From positions 9,456,741 to 9,520,740 of the forward strand of contig OZ037768.1 in NCBI GenBank assembly GCA_964035545.1: a stretch of 64,000 nt of DNA, read 5' to 3'. The position numbers and the translations under genes were made by a program. Shown piece by piece: positions 1 through 13,419 of this stretch (position 1 is the stretch's first letter; each line of letters opens with the position of its first letter). This DNA comes from Bugula neritina (lineage: Eukaryota; Animalia; Bryozoa). Under the pieces are notes generated by a model. The model saw only the letters and a program-made list of their open reading frames with translations. It searched no databases and was not told the origin of the DNA.

Positions 1-3000
1 ATCTCTTTATCATTGGCCAAATAACAGTACAGTGTTACCTGCGGCCAGTCAAACCTCCCCTTGGCACAGTAAACATGGTGAGTTTACTTTGAAAAGATAA
101 TTAATGAGGTTTTTCCTTCTAAATTTATTTTGTCTGATATTTTAATTGCGTTGAGCAAATAACTAAACACACTTAGACTGTTGTATTATTACTTCATAAA
201 GTTTAGAATCTAAATTGCTAGTCAAAAGTTAAGAAAAAATTCTTTGTGAGTTAAATTATTAAGATTAAATATTATTTTCAACTTTAACTTGCATACTTTC
301 AAGAACTTGTATAAAGAGAGCTATTGAATGTCGATCGAAGTTTTCATCATCCAACTATTTATGGTTCTTATATTGCTGAAAGTGAATAGAACTTTGCTTT
401 TTAAAGAAATAACTATATATTAGTTTAAGCAATTAGTTTTTAGACTACAGAAATAATTTTTCACTTGAAATATTGTAGATCATGTCACCAGTTGAACTTT
501 AAAAACTTGCGTGTATGAAATGGTTTATGGCTAAGATACATGAATATCTACAAATATTACAAATCTGCAATACTTTGCATTCTATATGAAAAGTTTACAG
601 ATTTAGTATTTAATGCTAACTAAAGTAGCATTTGCTTCAAAGATGAGTAATGCAAAATTAATTTATGTAAAATGGAGAATGATTAGCCTTGGACAAGTTT
701 ACAATTTAGACTCATGCCTGTGGTTTTATACTTTCATTAATTACTATTTTCTTATATTCTATTAGGGATACTAATTTCTCCAGCAATTGATTCTAAATTA
801 TAGCAAAGGTTTAAAATTTCTTGTTCACGAAGCAAAATAATTTGTAGCTGCAATATTTTTGTGCTAAAATTTAAAAGAGTTCAACTCCATCAATCGATCT
901 GTTTGGTATGCTGCAATAAGGAGTTTTTACTTTTGAAGCTCATATTATGTTTTTGCCTAGCACAGGATAAAAACAGTGTATGTAGTCTAAGAGAGCAAAA
1001 CTGGTATTGTTGTTGTTAAATTATATATTAATGAGACATTCAATAAAGATTTTTATATTTTGTATGATATCATATATTCCAACATCATGGTTCACGTCAC
1101 CAGATTTTTATGCTAAAGAGATTGAGCAACTTTCAAGCTTTTTGACTTTCAAAACAGTGTTATGAGCTATAATCTAACAACTATTATGTGCAGTTTAATT
1201 CACTACAGTTGGACAGTGTAGTATGTGCTACATCATAAAGTTGCTTGTACATGTGAACAAAATTCAAGTTATAATGACTTGTATAAATGTGCAATTATGC
1301 AAAAATTAGATTATATGGTCTATGACGTTTATTGTCATCTAGCATATACCTGCATACACCATCCTTAAAACATTTACCTTCAATCTAAAATTACAACATG
1401 CGCAATAAGTTACCTTTTATTTATTTTCAAAAAAATTGAATTATAGCGGTGACATGTATTGATTAAACATGTCACAAATTAGTTTCAAACTTGTTTTATG
1501 CTAATTTTATGTAAATTAGGCTGAACATGTGGAGAAACATAAAATTTAGTTTTACACCTTTAATTTCCCTTTGATAAGAATTAGTTTGTAAATTATCAGA
1601 GTCTCATTATATAAGAACAGTTTAAATTTTTAAACTCTCTTTGCTAGAAAAAAAGTTAGTTAATATTTTTCAACTACAAGAATTTCGTGGGTTTCCAGTC
1701 ACAATTATTGCTTTAGAAACTGTTGAGGGAGAAAGTTTTAAGCTATTGATTAAATTTTTTTATAAAGCAAGCAGCTCTACTGTAACATATAATTGCACAA
1801 AAAATATTGTTGAAAATAACGGCTAGTTATACTATTTTTTAAATTTTTGATTGACCATTTATAGCACTTTTTATTATTTCTGCTTACTAATTTATTCAAG
1901 CTTGTACTTAGGTTATATAGTTTATACTTTAAAAAGGGATCAGGGGTTAGAGCTTTTGGCTTAATAAACACAAAGTCATGGGCTCGAACCCCAGTAAAGG
2001 CCATTGGTGATGTTAGGAAGAGCATCCAGTCATAATTGCTCCTGTGCCACATAATATGAATAAGTCCTTAGCCGCTTAAAAAACCCTTTCCATCATGGGT
2101 TCTCACAGAGATAGTGACTATAAACTTGCGTGAGAGTTCATACTTTAAAAAACTTCAATAAACACATTATTAATGTTGTTTATGCATCATTTGCTTGTAG
2201 GAACAATAGTTTCTGTAAACTCAAAAGATGGTAAAAAGAAAAATACTCGACCAACATTTACTGGTTCACAAATATTTGCGTTAGAGAAAACTTTTGAACA
2301 GCAGAAGTATTTAGCAGGTCCCGAGAGAGGACGATTAGCGTTTGCCCTAGGAATGTCTGAGAGTCAGGTCAAGGTGAGTCTTAAATAAGACCAAAGAAGC
2401 TAAAATTTCCCTCAAAATTCTGTTTATTATTGAAACGAAGAGCAATCGAAGTATATAGATCATATGTAAGTCAAAAGTATAGGCAATATCACTGTGTCCA
2501 GCATATAGCCCAAATTATATTAAAAAAACGTTTTAGTGCACCAAAATGTATTTTTATCAATAAGAAAAATTGAAACTCTTGATCTCAAATTAATACCAAA
2601 ACATTAAGAAAAAGTAAAGCCTATTTTTATTGTGATCAAAAAAACATCAACTAAAATAGCTGTAAAGTTATTAATTGAAGCGGAATAATCACAATTATTA
2701 TTTGTATTTAGTGAATTGCAAATCAAGTCTGCTATTTCATGCTATGAAATTATTTTATTTTAAAGATTTAATTATTGGCTTTAGTAGGTTAAGCAAATTG
2801 TTAGGTTATTTTTAAAAATTTAAATAAGAAAAAAGCCAGCAGAAGACAGAACTTGACAACTGTTAAATAAGTAGCTTCTTTTCATCTCAAAGAAATGGTT
2901 TGTTTTGCTTTGAGCAATAAAGTTGACAGTTTTTATTTAAAAGATGAAAGCTCACCGTTATTCATTAATAATACAAAGAATATACTTCTAACATCAATTA

Positions 3001-4135
3001 ACACATTTTTGATGAGATTAAGTTCTAAGCTATTGCAACTTAAACGGAATTCAATAGAACACAATAAGAGTTTAATAACTTCTATTTGTGCAAGTATGTG
3101 TGAATATTATTGTAATTATCACTCAAGTAGATAAGTAATTAATAAATAATTGGTTAGCCAGTTATCTAGCATATTATGCTATAATTCTATGTAGAATTGG
3201 AATGAACAGCTTTAAATAATCGAGGTTTAATAAGAAGTGTAAATGAAAATGACAAGGCAAGTCTGTTAAACCCACAAGCACAAAATTTTTTACACTGGTT
3301 ACCTGAAGGTATACATATTTTTTTTTACTACAACTATTTATGGTGCCATGGGTTTAAAACATTTGAAAAATGTTTTAGCAGATAGCCTGTGGACTGCTAG
3401 ATTGAATTTATTTACATGAAATAAGTGACAAAATTTACTGCAATATTGACAGCAGTATTGCTGTAACATTATTGACTGAGCTAGATACACAAGTTTAAAC
3501 AGACTCTCTTTAGATTTGTGTGATTACACTAAAATTATATTTTGGAAATTTAAAAAACTAAAATTTAACAAAAAATGCTATTGCTATTGCTCAGAGTTTC
3601 TTGTGCTATAGGATGTTGCTATAGATATATTGTAAGATTGAAACATGTCCATCCAGTTGAATTATTTGGCATAACGACTGTTTTCAATTTATCACCAGTA
3701 ATCAGCTTTGGAGAAAGACTTGCAAAATTCACAAGGAATGTTTGGGAAAGGAGAAACTTATTTACTTTGGATTTGCAAAGAAAACAAAACTGCATCAATA
3801 CAAAAACTTAGATGTTCAACCTGTGTCTATTTTTATACATAGCTTACTAGCAGAAATTTAAATAAGTTGAACAATTTTACAGTAAGTATTCTATATTACT
3901 TAATCTTTAGGTATGGTTTCAAAATCGACGAACAAAATGGAGAAAGCGTCATGCAGCTATAGAAGCCTCCAGTAAGAAGAGGCCAGTAAATGCAAATTCG
4001 AATACTCAGTCTTATGGTTCACAAGATCAACAAGGGAGACAACACCAGTCATCTCATGACTCTAGCACTATTGAATCCAATATATATCAAACTGAATTAA
4101 ATCATTCAGTTAATCATGAGGATTTAAATATATGA
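1..4135 (+). CDS. Nkx6: NK6-class homeobox protein (Nkx6/HGTX), 5'-incomplete; exons <1-77, 2201-2373, 3911-4135
   Basis: Homeodomain [50 protein letters not shown]|[16 protein letters not shown] is diagnostic of NK6. The upstream exon (..YHWPN..SPW..) matches the WP/PW motif that precedes NK6 homeodomains. Splice sites are GT-AG with consistent phases; stop TGA at 4133-4135. Confidence 0.93.
1936..2130 (+). mobile_element. Degenerate tRNA-derived SINE in an Nkx6 intron
   Basis: A-box-like GGATCAGGGGTTAGAGC (~1937) and B-box-like GGCTCGAACCC (1981-1991). These are followed by GGTGATGTTAGGAAGAGCATCCAGTCATAA, which resembles the conserved AGGAAGGGCATCC core of metazoan SINE superfamilies. The 3' boundary is approximate. 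Confidence 0.6.
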
Positions 4136-5479
4136 ATATAAAATATAACTAAATTTGTAAGTGCAACTATTTTCGTACACTATTTATGTCTTGAAATTGT
4201 ATATTTGCTATTTATCGTAGTAGTGCAAATTAACTCAAATTCTAACCTCACTGATATTTTAAAAATTAAACCTCTATAATAAAACATTGAGCCTAATTTA
4301 ATATATTTCTAGAGGCCAACAACTAGATGTTTATTCATTACAGTAGGGTGTTTGTTAAATATCCTGACTGCCAATTTTAAATAGTAAGTTAGCAAACTAG
4401 AGAGCTGGCATAGGAATGACAAAATCATAATTAGAAATGTATCTACATCTTACTGAAAATACCATGTCTTATTAAAATTGAAATGCTTATATTCTTACAA
4501 AATTATAGCTCTGTTACCATAAAGTTCATGCACTGCTTATATGCTTTTACAATTTCTACACCTTAAAGTACCTACCTAAAGTGGTTTTAAAGATAAGCAG
4601 ATATTTAACCCACTAGTGATTCTTTTCTAGCCTTTATATAAACTTGTCTAATATTTCCTTATCTAAAAACCCTCTGTTTTACCATAAAACCATGTTTGAA
4701 TTATAGTTTTATTTATAATTTTGATTCTAAACTCACGTGTGCCTAATTATTTCTTTCTAATTTACTAATTTCTATTATATAATGTCATAGGCAAAATACT
4801 ACAAATGGCAGTATTTTAGCAGCAAAGTTGAATGATATTTAGCTATACTTATTTGGCCAGTATTTTGCAACCATATTTTGTTTAAAAAAACTTAGCTGAT
4901 CAAAATTATAGGCCTTTGAAATCCAAACAATTTTCTAATCCTAGTAGCCAACTTCATACTTAACTTTCAAGACTATTAATTCTTATTGTAAACAGTAATA
5001 GTACTAGAATAGGCAGACCTAACACAGCTGCATTAAGAGAGATAACTGAAATATAACTTTTTGTCTGCTATGTTAATCATTTATCCAACAACAATAATTA
5101 CAAAAGGCAGGTGGTGTCAATTATAGTGACTAGAATATGCATGAAGATGCTGCTGTTATGGAAATGATATAATGCATATTAATATAAAATGGGGAAGTAA
5201 GTTATCAACAAGCATGGGAGACTTGTACAAAAAATTCAGCTGTGAAGACATTTTTAACCAAGCAAGACAACCAACATTTTAAATGAAACCAAATACGTTG
5301 ATTGTAATTATCATTAAGCTGCTGTTTCAGACAATATGCATCAACTCCGATTATATGCTTATTTACAACCATATAAGGTATATCTGCTACAAGTCAGACA
5401 TATCAATTAGCATGTATTTTTTGTAGTAAAATATTGACAGTTTTTTGACATTGGAAGTCTGTTCATAAGTGAAATAGTC

Positions 5480-6070
5480 TGTGATGACAATCCAAGATCT
5501 TTAACAGCCTATGGTTACTGTCTGTCTTCTTTTATTTAAAATTTACAAGGTAAGTTATGAGGGTGTGAATCATTTGATAAGCATTACTTGCATCAACGAG
5601 GACTTAAAATCAGGAAACAAAATATATGCAGGTTCATGACACTTTCAATTAATCTTCATCGATGGCTATATGTAATCCTTTTGGTTGAAGGAATAATATA
5701 TAATTCCTTACCATTATACATGTCAAAATTATTATACGGCTGAATGTATCAGACAACTGGCATTCTGGTTCTTAGAGCAAATCATTTCGATAAAGAAAAG
5801 ATAAATGCATATATTATATATCTATTGCATGCATGGCCTGATGTAACTCCAAATAGCATAAAAATCATTTCAGTCAAAAACCAAGTAGCACAAATTTTAC
5901 TTGGTTGTTGTTAGCATACAAAAGAGAAATTATTCAAAAAGCTGATTTCACTGTGACATTATTTGATGATGCATTGTTTTATGAGGATAATCTTCGTCAA
6001 AACTAAAATCTGGGGATAATGCTTTTATGGAATTAGTCATAACACCATAGCTTGACACTATGAATATGCT
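5480..6070 (+). pseudogene. Possible heavily decayed DDE integrase-core/transposase relic
   Basis: Ordered motif remnants in shifting frames: IDGY (~5658), SVKNQ (~5870), HCFMRII (~5972), LWN (~6025). The order resembles IDGYSR...SxxNQRIE...FCFM...WN of invertebrate integrase-core proteins. Many stops and frameshifts. Confidence 0.25.
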
Positions 6071-7497
6071 GTCATTGAGAAACTGATCCAATTGAGGGAG
6101 GTAAGAAAACAATCAAAATGCAGATAGTTAAAACTTGAAAAGATGATTTAATTATATGGAACAGGGCTGGTATAAAGTTATGACAAAATATACCAAATAC
6201 TTGAAAACCTTTTTTCTGTTCAGTCTATAAAAATGCCACTGGTCACTTTACCACACCTTCTTCGCGGGATTAACTGCTATTATAGTTCTGCCCATGTTTC
6301 AGGCACTTGGTATTCGTGAAACAGTTGTTGCATCATTATTTGATGAATTAATATTCCGTTTTTTTACATGTTTATGAGTCACTGGAAGAATGCTTATGTT
6401 GGTATGCAACCAGAACTAAAATTAAAGTTAGCTTAACAGCCAAGAGAAACTGCGCAGCTCATATTTATTTAATGCATTGATATTGATAAGTGTACTAATA
6501 ATAGAAAAGATATTCTAACAGCAAAATGTATATTTTTTTGTGGAAAACACAGTTATGCTGCTTCTGTTTATAAAATGCAAAGTAGGTGAGATGCCGTGTT
6601 AGTCCACATGGATATCAACAGTATCATAACAGGATTACTAGATTATACTGAAAAAATATTTTTGCGGATATTACCTATAAGCAGTTGTGTAGAGCCTAAG
6701 TAACTGGAGACAAGATGTTGCCAGTGACTTGGTGCATTTCCCTGATTATGGTGCTCGGCAGAACTTTGAAAAAGTTTACTAACCAACAAACACACATATG
6801 ATTGATGAATCAGCTGAGGTGTAAAACAAGGTGCTTTAAGATGCAATGATTGTGTTTTTACAGAATGTTAAGAAGTTAATGGTGGTAGAAAAGAATTAAT
6901 CTTCTAGCTCAAACAATGCCGTTTGGTTGGCAATGCTTATCACCTTTAAATATACTTAAACAGTCAACAAATATTATAATAAACTAGTACAGTGTATTCT
7001 ATAACTTATAACACAGATGTTCAAGAATCAAATACATGAAATAATGATGGCAATGGTATAAATAACTTTGTTATAGTTTGGTAACATTATTTTTACCCAT
7101 GTGTTGTTTATAGTAATGAAGTATAAATTACTTGAGAATTTATTAAACATACACAGCTATAATAGCAGCAGTACTATCCTTACTATCGTCTTTATAGTTC
7201 AGATATCAGAAAACAAAACTATTAAAAATAGAACGAGGCATACCATCTTTATGCTTTCTGACACAAGAATTTTATAGTAACCTTATTTCCAGCAAAACAA
7301 TCCAAGATAATTAATTTGGTTATTAATGTCATATTTAAAAAATTTTGTATCGGCATATTTACAGAGTGGTAGCTAGCGTTGCATCACTATATTGTATTAC
7401 AAACTAATTTATACTATAAACAATTTTCAGTCTAAACTCAAACAGCGCAGTAGGAATTGCTGTACATGGTACAATTCTATTGGCATATTAACCAGCT

Positions 7498-9612
7498 CTA
7501 GTTTCTCTTCCTGGCAGCATATTCCTCCCGCCACTTAATCTCTTGCTGCATTGCACGCTCTAAACGCAACTTCCGTAAGGCTTTCATCTGAAAATAAAAT
7601 AAATTATCATCAAATAGAAATTAAACTAGTCCTAAATCATAAATTAATGGCTTCATGTTTTAGAAATCTTATAAAACTCGAAGAAAGGAGCTTGTTAGCA
7701 CTTATTTACATTTTAACTTCGACGCTTGCTAAAACATAATAAGAAACTAGACAAATGCTAAAGTATTCATAGCAATGCAAAGGATGCACTTTTCATTGGT
7801 GAATAACTTCTGAAAACACTTGAGTTCATCAACCCAGACAGACAGACAGACAGCTGGAACTGGCCCAGGTTAGGACAGCTCTGTATGGCCAGTCCAAAGG
7901 TATTCACTAACTGTCAACAGGAGGTTTATCTTGGCAATCGAGAATAAAAAACAGGGAGAACTGTAGAGGAAAAGTTCTCTGTCAGGTTTAGAAAGCAAGT
8001 TATAGTTTGCACTTACATCATCTTCGTTGAGAGATGTATCTAGATGGGCTGTAGATTCAATCTAAAAATTAGATAGAATTGATTGAATGGTTTAATGACA
8101 ATGGCTATCCGTGTGTCAGTAGAAATGAAAAATATTGCCAAATACGGAATTTGACACTCTAATTTGAATTTAGCAATCAAATGTCACAATGTAGCGGAAG
8201 TTGACTGCAAGCCAACTAAGGAGTTAAGCTTGTAAAACAAAGTCTTTCCTAGGCATCTTACACAGCCTACCATCATGATGTACAGCCTACTTAACTGAGT
8301 ACAGTGAACTGCTAAAGAAAAGTTTAGAAAATGTCAAACAACTATCAATTTAGATAATCTGTACATGCATTTATCACATTCAACATAAAGTAAAACCTGA
8401 AAGAGCCCAAATACACAAAAACTGGTTAAAATACATATCACATTATATCTAAAGAGAAAAAAACACTTTTTTTTAATTACATTATTAGTTAAAATTAGTT
8501 TTGATGTTGCAGATAAAACAGCCAGTAAAGTTTAGGGCTAATGTAGTTTACTTGTTGGTGTATAATTTAGTTTAAATAATCAAAAAATGCGCCATAAATG
8601 AATGTAATGTAATCTACAATTGTTTTTGGGGTTAAGAAATGTAACAGTAAAAAGTCTTAAATTGAGTTGACTAGTTGGATATGCTAAAGAAGATAGGAAA
8701 AAATTTCCAGCTTTTAGGAAACAACAAAGTGCTTGTGGAAATATTGCATAACAAACTAGGCTGTATTAAAATCCTATTCACTTGGCACTTGGATGCTATC
8801 TAAAGTAGGCTATTGAGAGCTGCTAGTGGGAAACTAACCTTCCATTTCAGCTGTAGAAAATCAAAATTACCTTCAAACAGGAGATAACTCCTAATTTGTC
8901 CAAATAGTGTACTGTAGGTGTATCAGAAATATAAAGGCAAATGAGGAGATTTTTTGTGCAACAGATAATTGGGACAAACCAGTAAAGGAGTTGTTAGCAC
9001 TTGCATATAACATAACTTAGGGAAGACAACTTCCAAATCTTATAAATATTTATAGTAAGACAATGCAATTGTAAATATTACACACCTGTTGCTTTACAGT
9101 ATTAACTTTGTTAAAAATTTCTGGTCGGTTGAAAAAGTAGAAACAACTGACAGGAAATGCCATGTAGACTGCCATCTATAAAACACAATACAATATAAAA
9201 CAAAGTTATTCCATCACTAAAACTAAAATTATTACAGCTACAGTCCTTGCAAGTCAATATATAATGTACATTATAACCAAGTATTTTGATGGTGAAATAA
9301 ATGCATTTGCTGAAAAGTATTACAATTGTACAATTACGGGATCTCAGCTTTAAAAAACTCACCATTTGTGATTCAGCTTTTATGTCAATATTAAAATTTA
9401 CATCCGCCCACCAAATGATAGTAATGCACTATTTGTGCACCAATATTAGACTCAACTACTCCAGAATATACAGCACAAGCTATTTTCAAAACTAATTTAG
9501 ATTTAAAAACAAATATGCTGCAAGTGTTGATCTGCAACGAAATAAATCAAGTTGTTTAAAATAGCATATATGTTACCTTGAAGATTTCTAGCTGCCATGA
9601 CTTGCCTCCCAT
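7498..9612 (-). CDS. PET100: PET100 cytochrome c oxidase assembly factor (86 aa); exons 9612-9577, 9175-9086, 8061-8017, 7587-7498
   Basis: Four phase-0 GT-AG exons give MGGKSWQLEIFK MAVYMAFPVSCFYFFNRPEIFNKVNTVKQQ IESTAHLDTSLNEDD MKALRKLRLERAMQQEIKWREEYAARKRN*. LEIFKMxxYMxFPVxxFxxFNxPE is the PET100 signature. Confidence 0.9.
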
Positions 9613-11335
9613 CACAAACTTTTTCTTTACATGAAAGAATAAATTTTACTGCAGCTCATAAAGCATATATAAACAAAATAGCAAGTGTGGTGCTAACCTA
9701 CAACATGCAATTTAAGAGCAATCAATAAGACAAATAGAAACAAATGCTAGCTAACACAAGGGTAAAAATGACAGCAATGAAATAAGCTGATACATTTATT
9801 TAGGTTAAAGACAAAATAACACAGTTTACAAAATGGACAGTCTAGTAAAGCTAGGTTTTAGGTAACAGAAAAAGATAAAAGCCAATACAAATTATGTGTG
9901 AAAGTAAGAGAAATTTGATTGATGACTTTTTACTGCAGCCTAGTGTAGAGAAAAAATAGGGTTAACCTAAGAGAGTATAAAATAATGTTTTATAATTTTT
10001 GAAAGCGGTGTTTATAGTAGACCTAAAAATGTTACTGAGTGTTGCATAGAATAATTGGCCAATAGCCAAGGGTTTTTTATGAAGATCCAATAATTTTTAC
10101 TTAAAAAAACCTATTTCAAATCAATACACACAAATTGTGTCCAGATCTTGATAATTGAATAAGAAAGTTATAGATGGCAGAATGATTTTTATTTACGTAT
10201 GAGCAATTGTTGATTTTTCTTTATTTTTCACAGCTTCCGCAAAAGTTATAAATCAATATACTTGTTCGGGTGATTATTCTCTAAATTACAAACAATACAG
10301 CTTTGAATGTAAACTAAAAAGCTGAATTACATAAGTTATAAACTTTTAAGATAGTTTCTTGCATCACTTTACTTTATGGTGAAACAAGGTATTACCTGAA
10401 ATTACTGAGATTAGAAACAACTTAACTAAATTTAACCTAACTTACAATAGCCTTATTGGTTTATCCTTTACAATTCTGCAAGAGCACATTAGTATTGAAA
10501 AATGATAATTGATAATTATAAATATTAAATTAACATTTTATCAGAAACTCAATCAAAAATAAAATCTTTCACTCATTTACTTGAACACTAAAGCTAAAGT
10601 ACTGCATTGCCATCACAATTATAGGTATTATGATTACAATAATGGTTATGATCATTTCTCCTTATCTTTATAATGCCATAGTAACAGTTACTATGGAAAA
10701 CTAAAATAAGAGTAATATTGATATTGTTGCTATTAGATGATAATGGTTATAATGATGAGAAACAGTTGCATAAAGATTACAAATAAAAACCAAACTCATA
10801 ATCATTATCACTTCATGATGCCATGATAACTATTATAACTGAGCTCTATTAATAGTTATTACCCATAGGCTACCTAAAATGGGCAAAGACACAGAGTGCT
10901 TTAGATTTTTAACTGTGTAACAATAAATATTTTCAGTTGATAGGTACATGTATAAGTAGGGCCTATTTCATTATTTTAAGGTTGTCTCACATACCTCATG
11001 GTAAACTTATAATGCAATAAGCATCAGAATTCAGAAGTAGCATACATTTAGGTTAACATTCCTTTGTGTAAGTGGGAGTAGCTATAAGAAGAGTAGTCAT
11101 ACTGATAGATGCTTAATTTCTACAGTGTCATTGTTATTATCATATTCAATTTCAAAATTACATTTTTAATCATTAATTATAGAGCCATTTTCATTTTTAT
11201 ATACATGGTAAAAAAGTTAAAAACTTTATATCAAATAATCAGATAATGGCACCTCGATTACAATCAATAATTAATTTTAAATTGTTATAATTAAATTTAA
11301 CTTTGAGCTAAGCCCAATAGTAACAGTAATAGCAC

Positions 11336-12018
11336 GTTTTCATCCCAGATAGACGCTTCCTGGTTAGACGCTAGGCTAAATTTCCCACTTGGACGCTTCC
11401 AAGTTAGACGCCATTTTTTATTTTGGTGCCATATAATTACATAGTAATATGCCTATATAATATACATATATAGCTGTAGCATTGATTGCTAAATAGCTAT
11501 GGTGCTAATAGCTATAATAGCTAACATAAATTATCTGGAATAATATTCTAATTTTCATAGATTTGTGTAGGACAAAAACACAGTAATATATTAATAATAA
11601 ACATTATTTTTAATTAATGAACACTCATTAACAAAATATCTGTTCAAACAAGAAACGAAAAATATGTAAGGGAGTGCCGATATTCGGACTGTCGGCATCC
11701 GTGAGCCGAAACTCGGTCAACTGTCGGTTTACATGAATCAGCAAAATTAGCTTCAACCAAGTGTATAGGTATTGTATAAATAATAAAGGGAAAGGGACAA
11801 AGCTAGTTACTAGACAAATAATACGCTATTGTTAAGATATAAGCTAACGTTCTTGTGATGGCATTTAGGGGGGGTAACTCTGATATTTACCACGCAATGT
11901 GCTTTATTTAAATATACATATATTTAAATAATATTTAAATAAATTGTACATAAAATATATATTGTACCAATATAAATAAATAGCGTCTAACTGGGAAGCC
12001 TCTCTCTGGGATGACACC
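11336..12018. mobile_element. Non-autonomous TIR DNA transposon (MITE), 683 bp, 8-bp TSD AATAGCAC
   Basis: Left end gttttcatcccagatagacgcttcctggttagacgct versus reverse complement of right end ggtgtcatcccagagagaggcttcccagttagacgct. AATAGCAC lies directly on both flanks (11328-11335 and 12019-12026). Subterminal (a/g)gacgc repeats; no ORF. Confidence 0.88.
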
Positions 12019-12790
12019 AATAGCACTACTCATAGTTATAATAATTCTTATACTTATAAGCCTAAGAAGCTGCAGTCACTGTCAGTAATGACTAATGTGT
12101 AATGTCAAACTAAAAACAAATAAGTCTTAGCTGTTTGAGATTAGGTATAAAAATCTGAATATGAGCAATACTAAGGAGTTACTAAGTTTAAGAGTAGCTG
12201 TAACTCACAGTATTAGTATAAAACTTAGACTAATACTAATACTAATAGTAATAGTAATACTCGATTCACTTACACTTACAGTCACATCATCAATGATCAT
12301 AACTTCACTATCAGGATCATCAAATTAAAATTTAATAGATCATCATTATGATTAACTTTAAGTTTAACTCATTAAGTTAATGATTAAGATTGAGAGTCAG
12401 TAAAATTAATATTAAAACTAAAAGGCAGTTAAAGTTGAACTTAATGTAAAACTATAAGTAAAACTAAATATTATTGACTTAGTAATTATTGCACTTGCAG
12501 TCAAATATTAAATTTAATATAAATATATGCATATAAATTAAAATAACAAAACTTAATTGCATTTGCTGTAATTATATAATATCAAAATGTATTATAATAT
12601 TAATAATATTGTTTATATTTCAGCAATAACCACAATGTTCTACTGATTACTGTAACTGGTAATTATTAGTATTGGTGTGGGCATTGACTTTGATATTCAT
12701 AATAATATTATTGTGTAACTTTGACTCAATTGCAGGCTTTAGACAACCTTGACGCAAGTCTGGATTTTTATTTGAGGTTTGGATACTTAC

Positions 12791-13060
12791 ATATTCTACT
12801 CTATTGTCAATACTGTTCAAGATATTAAGCTATGGGCCACACGCTATTTTTGCAAGTGATAGTTATTTTTCCTATGAAGTGCAACAGCAATAGGGGACTA
12901 CCTGCATAATTCTCTAACTTTCAAAAGAATACGAACGAATTTGGGTTATGGCGCGTTAGTCCTGTTATTCGCGCAACTAAATTTCAATTTTGTGCTTACT
13001 AAAAACTTCTTCCAGGAACCACAGGCATTCAGATTTACTGTTATACTTATTGTTAAAGGT
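12791..13060. promoter_or_regulatory. Putative divergent promoter / non-coding first exons of PET100 (-) and CDC7 (+)
   Basis: Local CpG cluster (ATGGCGCG ~12947, TTCGCGC ~12968) in otherwise CpG-poor DNA. Minus-strand donor GTAAGTAT at 12790. Lies between two head-to-head genes and is flanked on both sides by hexamer arrays. Confidence 0.45.
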
Positions 13061-13419
13061 TGTAACTCAGTTTAAGTTTGTAGTTTTATTCCGCATTATG
13101 ATTATTAACTTTAAGAGACAGAGTTAGACACATGCAATTGCTTTCGGTCGAAGTGTTACACTTTCACTTTGACTTGCTCTTACTCTTACTCTTACTCTTA
13201 GTCTTAGTCAGTATTACTCTTAATCTTAATCTTAATCTTAGACTTAGAGTTAGACTGAGACTCGGCTATCACCATGATGATTGATGATAATCATCATAAA
13301 TGATTATCATAGTGATTGATAATGATAGTAATTTATAATAATAATGATGATCACTTGATCATGATGATGTAATTCAAATTGAAATTGTACAACTAAATTC
13401 TACTAACTAAAACAAATAT

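Noticed and set aside
1777-2052. 91-aa minus-strand ORF
   Set aside because: Antisense reading of the SINE plus AT-rich intron; no recognisable protein features.
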